Positions 14,435-27,945 of a stretch of 64,000 nt of DNA are shown here, in pieces. This stretch comes from Octopus vulgaris. Taxonomy: Eukaryota. Positions within the stretch are counted from its first letter, which is position 1. The number at the start of each line of letters is the position of its first letter. Below the pieces are notes generated by a model. The model saw only the letters and a program-made list of their open reading frames with translations, ran no database searches and was not told the origin of the DNA. The stretch spans positions 65,472,001 through 65,536,000 of the forward strand of contig OX597833.1 of the NCBI GenBank assembly GCA_951406725.2, written 5' to 3'. Both the position numbers and the translations under genes were made by a program.

Positions 14435-14520
<86 letters not shown>

Positions 14521-14524
<4 letters not shown>

Positions 14525-14690
14525 AAAGTTCACGAAAAAAACAAAAGACGAAGACAGGTGGTGTATCAAATAAACAGATGTATTAGTATAACGCTCAGGA
14601 ATAGAAAAAGTATTTTACGTTTCGAGCCTACGCTCTTCTACAAAAAGATACACAGAAAAAGACAAGGAGAGAAAAAAAGGATGATGATGA
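14521..14690 (-). mobile_element. Penelope-like/retrozyme-like short repeat (family H2) with hammerhead-like motif at 14611-14648
   Basis: Homologous to 57640-57826 and 62330-62430. Minus motif: TCTTT TTGTAGA A GAGC GTAG GCTC GAAA C GTA AAATA. 3' end abuts (TA)n. Confidence 0.6.
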
Positions 14691-15397
14691 TGATGATGAA
14701 GAAAAAGAAGAAGAAGAAGAAGAAGAAGAAGAAGAAGAAGAAGAAGAAGAAGAAGAAGAAGAAGAAGAAGAAGAAGAAGAAGAAGAAGAAGAAGAAGAAG
14801 AAGAAGAAAACCCGTTGGACTTCTACAGAAAGGGACGCTGAAAAAGACAAGGAGAGAAAAAAAGGATGATGATGATGATGATGATGATGATAAAGAAGAA
14901 GCCGGCGACGGCGACGGAGAAGAAAAGGAAGAAGCCGGTGACGGCGACGAAGAAGAAAAGGAAGAAAAGAAAGAAGAAGAAGAAGTAGAAGAAGAAGAAG
15001 AAGAAAAAGAAGAAGAAGGAGAAGAAGGAGAAGAAGAAGAAGAAGAAGAAGAAGAAGAAGAAGAAGAAGAAGAAGAAGAAGAAGGTAACACGTTGGACTT
15101 GGGTAGTGACGGGAGATGTGAGTGGGAAGGAAAATATGAGAATAATCAACGATAATTGCATCCAGCGTTCGCGAGTGTTTATTGGAGTGTGACGACCAAT
15201 TCTAATGCGTCGGTTTTATTTGTGTTTCTGGCTGTTTTTTGGCTGTTTTTTGGCTGTTTTTGGCTGTTTTTGGCTGGCTTCCTTCGATAATGATAAAGAT
15301 AGAAAATGTCTGGATTGACTAATTGCTTAGAGAATGAGAAAAGACCACCTTACTTAGAGTCATTTGCTGCATTACAAGCGTTTTGGAGAGATAAGGA

Positions 15398-15446
<49 letters not shown>

Positions 15447-15976
15447 CAACAAGAAACACTTGCATATATATGTGTGTGCGTGTGAGTGTCTACACACGCA
15501 CAGATATATATATTAAACTTTTAAGTGGTTTTACTCTTTATCTTATATTAAACTTTTAATACTTTTTGATAGTTATATAATAAAAAAAAACATAAAAATA
15601 AAATTAAAATATATATATATATATTTAAAATTTATAAGTTTAAATTATTAATTTAAATAATTTTTTTAATTTTAACTTTAATTTACATATTTTAATTTGG
15701 AATTTTATATTTTTTATATTTTTTATATTTTTCATTAAATAATTTTATTTCTATGTATTTGTTTATGATTTTCACTGTTTGATTTGCCTAATAGTGGTTT
15801 TATCTCTAATTTAATATAATATAATATATATATATATATGATATATAAGTCCTTATATATCTATGTAAGATGCGATCTTTTCGAATTGCATCTCGGTACA
15901 CGTGTTTATTCAGAATAAAATTCAGCCCTGAATATATTCCGGTTAAATTTACAATTTTAAAATAGGATAAAAATCT

Positions 15977-16200
15977 ATTTGTTGTCCTGAACAGGCGGGT
16001 CTGGTGCTCCTCGTCGATGCCCAGATGCTGCCCGAGAACGTCGTCGCACCTCCCCTCCACTAATCCTCTATAGAACGCCTTTGCTGTAATGAGTTCGCAA
16101 AAAAATTGGGTTCCCGGACGGCAGAGTTGCTTGAGAGCAACGCGTCACTCGCTATGCCATTCGCCTAGTCTCGGTCTCTGTTTGACGATTTAAGAATCGG
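15977..16200 (-). mobile_element. Internal fragment of a Tx1/L1-like LINE ORF2
   Basis: GC-rich island translating ...KQRPRLGEWHSE*RVALKQL...TAKAFYRGLVEGRCDDVLGQHLGIDEEHQTRLFRTT; resembles the post-RT region of L1/Tx1 ORF2 (recognised by eye, not aligned). Confidence 0.5.
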
Positions 16201-16805
16201 TTGCAAACGAAAGATACCAAATACGGAAAAGCGAAAAGTATTTTCCGTAAGTAAAAATTGACTGCTTGTGTTAGTGTTTTTCTTTTTTATAGTTCTTAAT
16301 CTAGTTTGAACCCTTACTGAGATGATCTAAGAACGCTAGCGTTCCTGACATGACATTACCATCTTTTTTTCGTCCACTGTGTGTCTAAGAATACGTTATG
16401 CCTCGGGTTAGGAACTGAAATTTAACAGCTAATACTTTGGCTGTTACGGAACTACGTAGACATTCTCTCGTTGGGTCGTCATTAGTGAATTTTACGTATT
16501 CACTATTAAAATGAAATGAGAAAAGTTGACCAGACAGAAGAAAATAATTGATCTTTAAAACTACTTATGAGGTCTCGAGTTATGAAATGTGCGAAAAATA
16601 TCCTCAAGCAAAGAGAAAAACAGTCTTATAAAGGTTGATACATACAATATGATAAAAGATTAATAGGAAAAATAAGTGCTACATCTAATAAAATCGTGGC
16701 AAATAATCGTTCGACTGCATTAATATAGGTGTACCAAGAAATCGATTTCAGAGACAATATTCAATTTCATACAAGACCACTTATAAACACTCATGTAAAA
16801 TACCT

Positions 16806-17005
16806 ACATGTGGGCGCTGAAATGTTCCTGGTTTTAAGGGTGTCGCGAAAGGCATGGTTGGAGGCCCAACCTTCTTTTACAGGGTTTAGAAAATGTGAAC
16901 GACCACTGCAATATGTTTGTGAATTTGAAAGGCGGATATATTGAATAAAATCAGAATTAACTGATCTGCAAGTATTTTATTTTGTCCAGAGCCCCAAAAC
17001 TATAT
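16806..17005 (+). mobile_element. Degenerate non-autonomous mariner-like element
   Basis: Paralogous to 17326-17545; contains ...NLKGGYIE* like a mariner C-terminus. Confidence 0.55.
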
Positions 17006-17049
17006 ACGCTTGCGTGTATGTGTATGTTTATTGTTTGTGTGTGTGTATG

Positions 17050-17084
<35 letters not shown>

Positions 17085-17157
17085 ATCGTGGTTCTCCGTC
17101 GGTTATGAAGACGAGGGTTCCAGCTGATCCGGTCAACGGAAGAGCCTGCTCGTAGAA

Positions 17158-17255
17158 CTAAAGCTGCAATTACTGCCAAAGGCGGTCTTACCCCGTATTA
17201 AAATGAATTTTGCTTGAAAATTTTAAGGTGTTACCATTACTTTGTCCAACCCCTG
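17158..17255 (+). mobile_element. Tc1-like transposon right end
   Basis: KAAITAKGGLTPY* (Tc1 C-terminus) followed by TIR ...TTTGTCCAACCCCTG|TA. Confidence 0.7.
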
Positions 17256-17273
17256 TATATATATGTATATATG

Positions 17274-17319
<46 letters not shown>

Positions 17320-17325
17320 TGCATA

Positions 17326-17545
17326 TGAGGGGGTGCCGAAAGTTTCCTATCTTTAAGGGTATCGTGAAAGGTCTGATGGAGGCCGAAACTTCCAAGTTCT
17401 TTTACAAGTCTGAGAAAAACTAAAGGGCCGCTGAAATAAGTGAGTGTATCTGAGGGGTGGGTGGGATATATTGAATAAAACCATAATTAACTGATCCCCC
17501 TGTATTTTCTCTTACCGGAACAAGGAACTCTTCGGCACTCACTCG
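17326..17545 (+). mobile_element. Mariner-type MITE
   Basis: TA|TGAGGGGGTGCCGAAAGTTTCC ... GGAACTCTTCGGCACTCACTCG imperfect TIRs. Confidence 0.65.
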
Positions 17546-18093
17546 TGTGTGTGTGTGAGACAATGTGTGGAGGCGAATACCTTAAGAATATTTATATGCA
17601 TGTATAAACATATATTGACAGAATCAGTGTATTTATATCAAAAAACATATTCTCACTAATCAGGAGCAGCCTAATGAATAATGAATCCTTAATTACGAAC
17701 ACCTGACAACACTGCAGAAAATGCAGCAGGTTTCTGATAAATTCAAATTATGATTTAGGATAATCAGCGTTTTAAACAGATTTTATTCAAATTTATTTAA
17801 ATTATTTAATTATTCATCACAATGGAGTCATTGGGGAACTAATGATGTTTATTGCTAATGAAGCAGAAAGCAATTGTTTCATTTCAACTTTAAAACACAA
17901 CAGGTGCCACACAATATGACCTCCTAATGGCTCATAAAATATGCACGATCCCTCCCCCCTCCTCTGGTTGGTAATTCTTTACTGACGCCAAAAGGATGAA
18001 TGACAAAATTGACCACCGGTTTATTTGACCTCAAAACGAAAGATTCGGAACAAATCGTTTTTTCCGCCGCACTTTTATTGTTCACCCCCTTTT

Positions 18094-18164
<71 letters not shown>

Positions 18165-18390
18165 CTCTTTCTCTGTCTCACTCTGCATTTATGTCTATTT
18201 TTGCACGCACACGCTTTCACACACACACATTCATTCATATATGTATAAGTTTGTTTAACTTAGTGTTTTCGAATGCATAATCATAATCATATATATATAG
18301 ATCGCTGGGCGATGGGTTAACTGACGGAATATTCGAAGTCACTGTCATAATTGTTCTTGTTTAACAATAATAAATTTGTACATATACATA

Positions 18391-18492
<102 letters not shown>

Positions 18493-18493
18493 C

Positions 18494-18531
<38 letters not shown>

Positions 18532-19458
18532 CTTAAACCTTCCTTGAATGGGGCTTTTACATGCCGAAATCTACTTGGTGAAATTAATGATTATTCCAAA
18601 TTAACTTCACCCTATATTGTTATTGATATATATATATATACAGAGAGAGAGATATGGACACACACCTAAACACGCGCATACACACCCACATCCACTCACA
18701 TACATACATACATACATACATACATACATACATAGAGCAATCAATATAACATTTAATTCGGATCATATTAGATTATAAAATATAAGTCATCGCTTGGAAT
18801 GACTCAGTTACCGAATCAATAGAGAGGTTATTCACAGGTTAAAACTAATAAAAAATTAAAGAAAAGAAAAAAAGGAAGGTGAAAGAAACTCTTTTAGCGC
18901 ATTTATAATGCATGACAGGGGATTGCATGATGATATAACAATGCCTATTATATGACATATTATTTCGCATTTCAGAAAGAGAAGAGAAGACAACTCTCAC
19001 ATGTCCATATCGTCATATCTATGGCTAGCTTAGTAAATGTCACAGTTTAAGCTAGAGTACGGAGTAAGGTATCGTTACTTATGCACGTTCGTGCAGACAA
19101 GGCAAACACACAGAGACACAATCACACAAACACACAATTTCGCACACACACACACACGTACGTGTCTGTGTGTGTGTGTGTGTGTGTGTTGTTGCGTATG
19201 GTCTAAATTGGTTAATTGCCTCGCAATGAATGTAAACTATTTATGCAGGAATAAAAATGAACGCCATATATTTTTGCGTGTATATATTTGCGTGTTTGTG
19301 TGTGTGTGTGTGTGTGTGTATTTGTATATATATATATACATATATATAGCATATACATATGTAAATATATATATATACATTTGTTTGTATGTATGTATGT
19401 ATGTATATCTATATATATACATGTATACACATATATATGCATATATATATATATATTC

Positions 19459-19505
<47 letters not shown>

Positions 19506-19536
19506 TATGCATATACATAAATATTCGTATATATGC

Positions 19537-19574
<38 letters not shown>

Positions 19575-19875
19575 TTGTATATAAGCGTGTGTGTGTATGT
19601 ATGTGTTCTTGTTCGGCTACGTGTGCGTCTGTGTGTCCGTGTTGTAATGAAAGTGTGACACTGCTACGAACTTCGCCGCTGGTTCTTCATGATTGTCGTG
19701 ATAGTTGCGAACAGCCGAAAGCAAAACACATTTCTCACTGTCAAATGTCGGTATAATTACTATAGTAAGGCATGGTAACCCAACGCATTGAATTCGTCTC
19801 TAAATGATTGCCCTAAGTAAAATACATCTTGCATACGTTACAAGACTTATGTTTGAATCATAGATACACATATCC

Positions 19876-19935
<60 letters not shown>

Positions 19936-20259
19936 ATTAAGATATAAACTCAAATTAGGCAGTCATACCTCTATAAATTCACCTCAAAATGCGTATACAT
20001 ATATTAATTCGTATCGACACATATGTATATTAAAAAAAGTATTCATAAAATATCAATATATAAATATACATAAAAATACAGGTAAGTAAAACACATTTGG
20101 GATACGTAAGGAAGGAATTGTGAGAAAAAGTGGACTGATAAAAAATGTTTTTTTGTACTGAAATTAAGAGAGAAGTTAAAAGATCCATAGAGTTCGGTGT
20201 GTGTGTTTTTTTTTAAATATAAGTGTTATTTAAGGTATATAATACACTTCGAGGAGGTT

Positions 20260-20353
20260 CACTTTCAACGGCTGTTTCTAGAGTTCATGTCCTAGTAGAA
20301 AAATTAATAAATCTTACAAACCATGTGGACAATGTCCCTTTCATCAGGAATGG
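20260..20353 (-). ncRNA. Hammerhead ribozyme-like motif (long helix II type)
   Basis: Minus: CATTC CTGATGA A AGGG-ACATTGTCC...GGACATG-AA-CTCT A GAAA C AGCC GTT GAAAG. Confidence 0.55.
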
Positions 20354-20631
20354 TATCCTCATAGAATTACATTCTTGATATGATGGATATATATTAAAAA
20401 AATATTAAAAAATTTTTTTTTTACTCTACATATGCAAATGAATGGAGAGCATGGAATGGTAGGAGAGTTACATTAACATATTCAGAATTGATTCTGACTA
20501 AACACAGCTCAAATTTTTCACTTTATTGCTTCTTATGAATTTATTAATCAAAGGATGAGGTCGGCTTATGCACCGTTATGCATAATAAGATTGAATAGTT
20601 TAGCGGGATTCTAATTTGCGAAAAAAAATAT

Positions 20632-21066
20632 GCATTTACATTATTTACATTATTTACATTTGGTGGATATTTGTCCTCATCATGTTTGTTATCAACATAA
20701 CGTTTCGACTGATATACCCTCCAGCCGAAACGTTGTACTCTCAACAAACAAGATGAGGACAAAAAACGCGTCCTTTTAGAGCCTAGCCAGGCTCATGGGC
20801 CCGGTTTCCCGGTTTCTATGGAGTATGTGTTCCCCAACTGGACGGGACGCCAGTCCATCGCAGCGTTACTCATTTTTGCTAGCTGAGTGGACCGGAGCAA
20901 CGTGAAATGAAGTGTTTTGCTCAAGAACACAACGCATCGCCTGATCCAGGAATCGAAACCACAATCTTACGATCATGATGCTGACACCCTAACCACTAAG
21001 CCACGCGCCTCCACAAATAATGTAAATAATGTACATAATTCCTCATCTCTTAAATATAGAACTGAA
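20632..21066. mobile_element. Fold-back copy of Penelope-like repeat family H1, right arm interrupted by a SINE C
   Basis: Arms TTTGTCCTCATC...AACGTTTCGACTG / CAGCCGAAACGTTG...GATGAGGACAAA; homologous to 38630-38785; resumes at ~21014. Confidence 0.7.
20765..21012 (-). mobile_element. tRNA-derived SINE family C
   Basis: Reverse complement of 45151-45400. Confidence 0.88.
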
Positions 21067-21858
21067 ATACACGGCTGTAAGACTAGTAAACTCTACTGAT
21101 AAAGAACGAGATTTTTTTCTCTCTAATTCAGATCTACCAACGACAGACAAATTATATTGGATTCGTATTTGCTGCCCACAAATAGATTTATGCTTTTCAA
21201 TGACCAACCCTTTCACATTTCACTACGAAGCTGGACGGATGTATTTGCTAAAATACCGTAACGGTTACGTCCCAAATTAAGAAATCGTGATGTGTCATGC
21301 ACGTTAAAAGGATCTAAATTTCACCGTTGGCATTATTATGCAAATGAGTCCGAGTTTGTATACACTATAGATAGCTACTAAAATCTTTATGAACAGATAA
21401 GGTTTTACCTTCCTCAACGAGCTTTAAAAAGCTTCATAAGCATTCTCTACTATACGATAACATATTATATCTAATATTTAACTAACATGTAATTTTGTTC
21501 ATGTCTGGGGGACACATAATGTCCCCAGACATTTCTTATTTTTATTTTCCTAAAATTTTCTTTGCGTCTTGCAACGTTTTCAATAATCAAGACTATTGAA
21601 TAGGTTGCAAGAAATAAGTGAAATTTTACCGGTGAGTGTCTTACATTATAAGGTACAAAAACAAAATGACTCTCCCCAGACACAACAGAATATGCTTCAA
21701 CACACGAACTCATATAAAGAATCTTGCAAACCAAATCCAAAAACGAAATAAATTTGTTGAATAATATAAGAATGTATGGTCTATGTGTGTGTGTATGTTT
21801 GCATGTTTTTGTGTGCGTGTGTGTATATAGGTATTTATGGATATATATTGCATGTATG

Positions 21859-21889
<31 letters not shown>

Positions 21890-22116
21890 CTATGTGTGTA
21901 TATCTTGATATGTATCAACGTTTAATATATGTGTATATGTATGTATACATTTATGTATATATATATTGTGTGGGTGTATGTGTGTGTGTCTATGCGTGTG
22001 TGTCCATGCGTGTGTGTCTGAGTGTGTGTGTGTCTCTGTCTGTTTCAGTGTCTGTGTATACATGAATATATGTATATGCATGCATATATATACATGTGTG
22101 TGTGTGTGTGCGTATA

Positions 22117-22490
22117 TTCTTTTATTTTTTCGGTCATTTGACTGCGGCCATGCTGGTGCACAGCATTTAGTCAGACAAATAGACTCCAGGAATTATTCTT
22201 TTGTAAGCCTAGTACTTATTCCATCACCGCTTTTGCCGAACTACAAGGTTACGGCGACTTAAACACACTAACATCGGTTGTCAAGCGATGTTGCGGGGGG
22301 GGGGCAAGCACAGACACACATATATATGCATATACATTTCTGTCTAGCTATTTCACAAATCTGCTCACAAGACTTGGGTCGGCCTGAGGTTATAGACGAA
22401 GGCACTTGCCCAAGGTGTCACACAGTGGGAATGACACCGGAGCCATGGGGTTGGTAAGCACGCTACTTACCACACAGCCACCCCTGGGCC
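22117..22490 (-). mobile_element. SINE family A (diverged)
   Basis: Reverse complement of the family A sequence. Confidence 0.85.
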
Positions 22491-22630
22491 TTTACCTATG
22501 TATATATTAAATATAATATATATATTATAAACATAATACATACATATTGAGAGAGAGAAAGAGAGATAAACAGAGACAGAGGTAGAGAGAGACAGGCACA
22601 CAGAGAATGTGAGAGTGAAGCGAATACACA

Positions 22631-22691
<61 letters not shown>

Positions 22692-22754
22692 GGGGGGCGT
22701 GTATATATACATGCATAGAGACACACTTCTATATATGTAAACATGTATTCACCA

Positions 22755-22796
<42 letters not shown>

Positions 22797-22816
22797 ATAA
22801 ATATATATATATATAC

Positions 22817-22851
<35 letters not shown>

Positions 22852-23030
22852 ATATATATATATATACATAAATATATATATATATACATAAATATATACA
22901 TATTTATATGTATATTTATAAACATATTTATATATATGTATGTATATATATGTATATATATACGTATATATATATGCATATATATATATGTATATTTACA
23001 TATATATATATATATATATATAATAAATAC

Positions 23031-23087
<57 letters not shown>

Positions 23088-23572
23088 TATATTTGTATGA
23101 TTGTATGTACGTATGTATGTATGTATATAGACACACGTTTATGTGAATGTAAATATAAGAATACACACACTCACACACACACAAAAACACAAACACACAC
23201 ACACACGCACACACACACACACACATATCCACGTGCATATACGTATATGCTATTCTATTCTGCTGTTCCGCTATCACTCCCCCGAGGCAATTTTAGTCTG
23301 CTGTATCCGTTTCCATTGCAATAATAGCCGGAATGTTTTTCTGTTTTCTGTTTTTTCGCTTTTGCTGTATTATTTGTTGTGAGTTAGTTTTAGTGATAAA
23401 GGAAGATATTGGCGAAGAAGACATCAGAAGATTAAAGCAACTGAACTATATTCGAGTTGTTTCCATGGTGAAACTGCTGATTCAAGCACACACACGGAAT
23501 CCTCGTGGGTACTTGTTCGAACGAACTCTCAATTCGGAGCTTACGCGTCTATGTGTGTGTGTGTACATACAG

Positions 23573-23730
<158 letters not shown>

Positions 23731-23842
23731 TACGTAACTGTATATGTATATATATATATATAGCAATGCATGTATTTATTTGCATATATGTATATGTATA
23801 TACATATATGAATGAATGTATATACATGTATATATATGTATT

Positions 23843-23885
<43 letters not shown>

Positions 23886-23896
23886 ATACATTCATA

Positions 23897-23940
<44 letters not shown>

Positions 23941-23993
23941 TAAATACATGTATATATATATACATGTGTTATGTATGTATATCTATATTATAG

Positions 23994-24033
<40 letters not shown>

Positions 24034-24063
24034 GGAGATGTATATTGAAATACGTGTGTGTGT

Positions 24064-24106
<43 letters not shown>

Positions 24107-24209
24107 CATACATACATACATACATACATACATACATACATAGATAGATAGATAGATAGATAGATACATACATACATACATACATACACATACATACATA
24201 CATACATAC

Positions 24210-24286
<77 letters not shown>

Positions 24287-24524
24287 CACTTGTTTTCTAT
24301 TCCTATTTTGTAGAAAAGTTCAAATCTACTAAATTTGCTGGTTTCTTTTCCCTTTATTGTTATTTTTAAGATTTTGAATCCCTCATAAAAACAGCTTTTG
24401 CCAACTAACGGCTGGCGTTTATACTCGTAGGTATATGCATATGCCTTTGTGTTTGTTAATTACAATGCATAGAATACATGCTACTTGAGTCACCTTCTGA
24501 CCTCTGGTTATTAAAAATGATACA

Positions 24525-24742
24525 CAGAAAACACCTAAAGCACCACGAGGCGCCGGCAGGGGGTGGTGGCGGTCCCTTACTGTACTCTTTCGCCACAACT
24601 TTCTCTCACTCTTTCTTCCGTTGGTCTGCTTGCTTAGCCCAGCGGGGTGGCGTCATTTGAAGGCTAAAACAATGCGAAGCGCATTGTGACCTGCGATGTG
24701 TAGCAACATCTGATAGCCTGGTCGGTCACGTGATCACGTGAT
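24525..24742 (+). mobile_element. 5'-truncated SINE (middle domain D + tail Y)
   Basis: Middle matches 58000-58095; tail matches 39435-39530. Confidence 0.7.
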
Positions 24743-25129
24743 ATATAAATATATACAGAGTCTCCGCGACAAACACACACACACACACAGAAACACACGG
24801 ACACACATACGCATGCTTGCCTATATGTTTTTGTGTGTGTGTAATTGCTTCTGCACCGTAAGATGGTGCGAAATTCATTGTATGGTTTCCCACCCGCGAG
24901 TCAGAGATGCAGGACGTCGAAACGATCGTTATGATCAATAAAGTGGGCAAAACGTGACAGCAGAAAGGCTCACAGGCGTAATGATCTGGATGCGTCCCAG
25001 TCGCCTCAGAATCTAAGAATTAAAGAACCGAATCACTTCTGAGTGGGGTTTCATCTATGAGGACCTTCTGATGTTCGGCTCCCTTGAGAGTTTGCTAACA
25101 TGTCTAGATAGATAGATAGATAGATAACC

Positions 25130-25683
25130 TTCTTTATTGGCCACACAGGGCTAGACACAGAGGGGACAATTACAATGAAGAGTTTTTCTTTTCGGGGGAG
25201 GTGGGGCGGAAAAAAAAGAACAACGATTAAAAGGGATCGAAATTTTTGGGGATATATGCAAAAGAAAGAAGTCAAAATCGTACAAAAAGTTCCCAAGAAA
25301 TGGGGAGGTTTATCTGTGGAAAGAAAAACCTACGAAAAGACTACAGTAACCTCAGGCAATAATGTCACATATTAACATTTTTATTTACAAATAAGTAACT
25401 CTCTGTTTTAAACTTTTACAGTTCATAGGATCATGCTCAAGGTGGCTTCGTCATTCATACGTGCCATCTTTGCTACATTTACACATCTTTTTCTGAAATA
25501 TTCGCTAGGCAAAACTTGCCTCTCTACTCTCACTTTCCTTTTCAAGTGATACTTGAAGAAGTTGATGAGAGATTGACCAGAGAGGAAAGTATTTGTCTCT
25601 ATTCCTTTCAGACGCGTCCACCAGATACATTATTTTGCCATGGCCACAAGTACGATAACAAAAGCTCTTCCCACCCGTTTTTT
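25130..25683 (-). mobile_element. 3' end of a Tx1/L1-like LINE
   Basis: Minus translates ...VIVLVAMAK*CIWWTRLKG...LINFFKYHLKRKVRVERQVL...LSMIL* (AK..IW..R motif of the L1/Tx1 ORF2 C-terminus). 3' UTR ends AATAAAGAA, then (TATC)n. Confidence 0.7.
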
Positions 25684-25780
25684 ATTTAACACACACATAA
25701 CAACACACCAATTACCAATTACACACACTCATATATGTGTGTATGCGAGAATATCTCTGTGTTTATATACACATACATTG

Positions 25781-25810
<30 letters not shown>

Positions 25811-25813
<3 letters not shown>

Positions 25814-26170
25814 GTTATATTTCGGAATGGTCATTTTGCCACTTTAGCCAATAAAAACACACGCACTATATATTTGGTGTTATTTTGCTTCAGTGTTATT
25901 TATTTTTTACATTAATCTTAATCTTATATCGGCCAGAGTTCTTTCGTCACACTCGTGTGACCGCATCAGTGGTCCTTTGTTTTCTTCTTTCTTATTTGCG
26001 TCTCTCCTTACTAACCTTCAGCCATTTTGTATTTCTCTGAAGTAAAATAACACCAAATACATAGTGCTTGTGTTTTTATTGGGTAAACTGGCAATATGAC
26101 CATTCCGAAATATAACAATATCTGTTTCAACACACGACTTCACATAAAAAATCTTGCACAACAAATATTT
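25811..26170. mobile_element. Penelope-like repeat family H3 with inverted arms and a minus-strand hammerhead (25931-25975)
   Basis: Arms ~25811-25893 and ~26035-26120 are inverted. Motif: GACCA CTGATGC G GTCACA CGAG TGTGAC GAAA GAAC TC TGGCC. Confidence 0.75.
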
Positions 26171-26231
26171 AAACGTGTATATATATATATATATAAATAT
26201 ATATATAATAATATGTGACAATTATTCAATA

Positions 26232-26301
26232 GCCAAGATAAAACTCCGAGTGTCGGATGCCGAGGTGTGAATCCACAATACCATCTCCTCGGTTATCTGG
26301 C
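26232..26301 (-). ncRNA. Degenerate hammerhead-like motif
   Basis: Minus: GCCAGATAA CCGAGGA GATG...CATC C GACA CTC G GAG T T TTATC TTGGC. All three helices pair; two core substitutions. Confidence 0.5.
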
Positions 26302-26309
26302 CAGATATG

Positions 26310-26372
<63 letters not shown>

Positions 26373-27224
26373 ATACATATATGTTTGTGTGTGTGTATGT
26401 GTGTGTATGTATGTACGTATGTATATGTATATACATATATGTTTGTGTGTGCATGTCTGTGTGTATGAAGGCACGTATGTGTCTATGTGTGTATGTGTGT
26501 GTGTGTATATAGGTACGTATGTATGTAAAGTACTTGTGAAATTGCGAACTTTATTCCAACTTCGTGTCAAGTAGTTGAATGTGTCAGCGACGGAGTTCAA
26601 GTGCGCAAAGCTTTGATGCGATAGACATTATATTTACTATGGCTGCTCTCGTTTGATTTCGATTGATAGTCTCCGGCATATCAGGCAACGGACATAACGC
26701 TCTCTCGATATTATCATCACTATTATATTCGTTAGTTGAACAATTTGATGTTTGTATATATTAGACGACTCTGTGAAGATCTATCAAATAAATATGATAT
26801 GTCAGTCAGTTTTTATGTCAGTATATATTTTGAAAAAGTATGTGTAGCTATTATGGAGCAAATGTCCGTATCTATAGGCATGGAATTGATGGTTTTAAAG
26901 CGTGAGTCTGAATGGCGTATCATAGAAGAAGTTGGTCAACGAGCCAGGATTGTCTGGCTCAGCGATTCAGTGGTCACAAGATTATGGCGTGTGTATGCAT
27001 ACACATTCTCCAGTATGACTGCAGTATGAATACATAGACCAATATGGCGAAATCAAATACTATACAACGCGTATATATTCGGATATTCATGTTTGTACTA
27101 CCAGTTTAGACATATATATATATATGTATGTGTGTGTGTGTGTGTGGATATATATATATATATACACAGAGACAGAGAGAAAAAAGAGAGAGATACAGGC
27201 AGAAAGACAGACAGACAGACAGAC

Positions 27225-27399
<175 letters not shown>

Positions 27400-27619
27400 G
27401 AAATACAAAGTCTCCATTTTGTATAATCAGTAAATTTGCTTTTATTTGCCTCCTTCTAAATATTGTTCCTTCGCCCGGCCAAATTCCTATATTTCCTTTT
27501 TCCTTGTCTCATACTTTGCAACTTAGATTTCTGTTCCTCTTACGTTGCCTTCTTCTTCGTCTAAACATCTCAGTCCACAAAGACTATATCATTCTTTTAA
27601 CTTTAATTCCCAAATCAAA

Positions 27620-27800
27620 GGCGGCAAAATGGCAGGATCGTATGGTCGTCGGTCAAAATGTTTAGTAGCACTTTTTTCCAGTTTTACGTTCTGAGTTTAG
27701 ACTCCAACGAGTTTGACTTAGTTTATCATCATTTCGGGGTCGATAAAATAAGTAGCAGTTGAACAATGGGATCGATATACTCGACTAGCCCACAATAGCC
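27620..27800 (+). mobile_element. SINE family B (diverged)
   Basis: Matches family B head and body. Confidence 0.75.
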
Positions 27801-27945
27801 CTATAATATAAGGGGAAAAGGGAATATCAATTCACTATTTATTTACCTCCTAGGTCCCAAACAATAGCCTCACAACCACCACGAAGCCCGACCAGTCACC
27901 CACACTTCCATTTTTGTACACTTTCAACCGAAGAACAAAAACACG

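Noticed and set aside
15227-15278. (TGGCTGTTTTT)n short tandem as a CRISPR-like array
   Set aside because: No spacers; simple minisatellite in eukaryotic DNA
26880-27000. WRIIEEVGQ...SDSVVTRLW peptide reminiscent of a Tc1 N-terminal HTH
   Set aside because: Too short and degenerate; no TIR found
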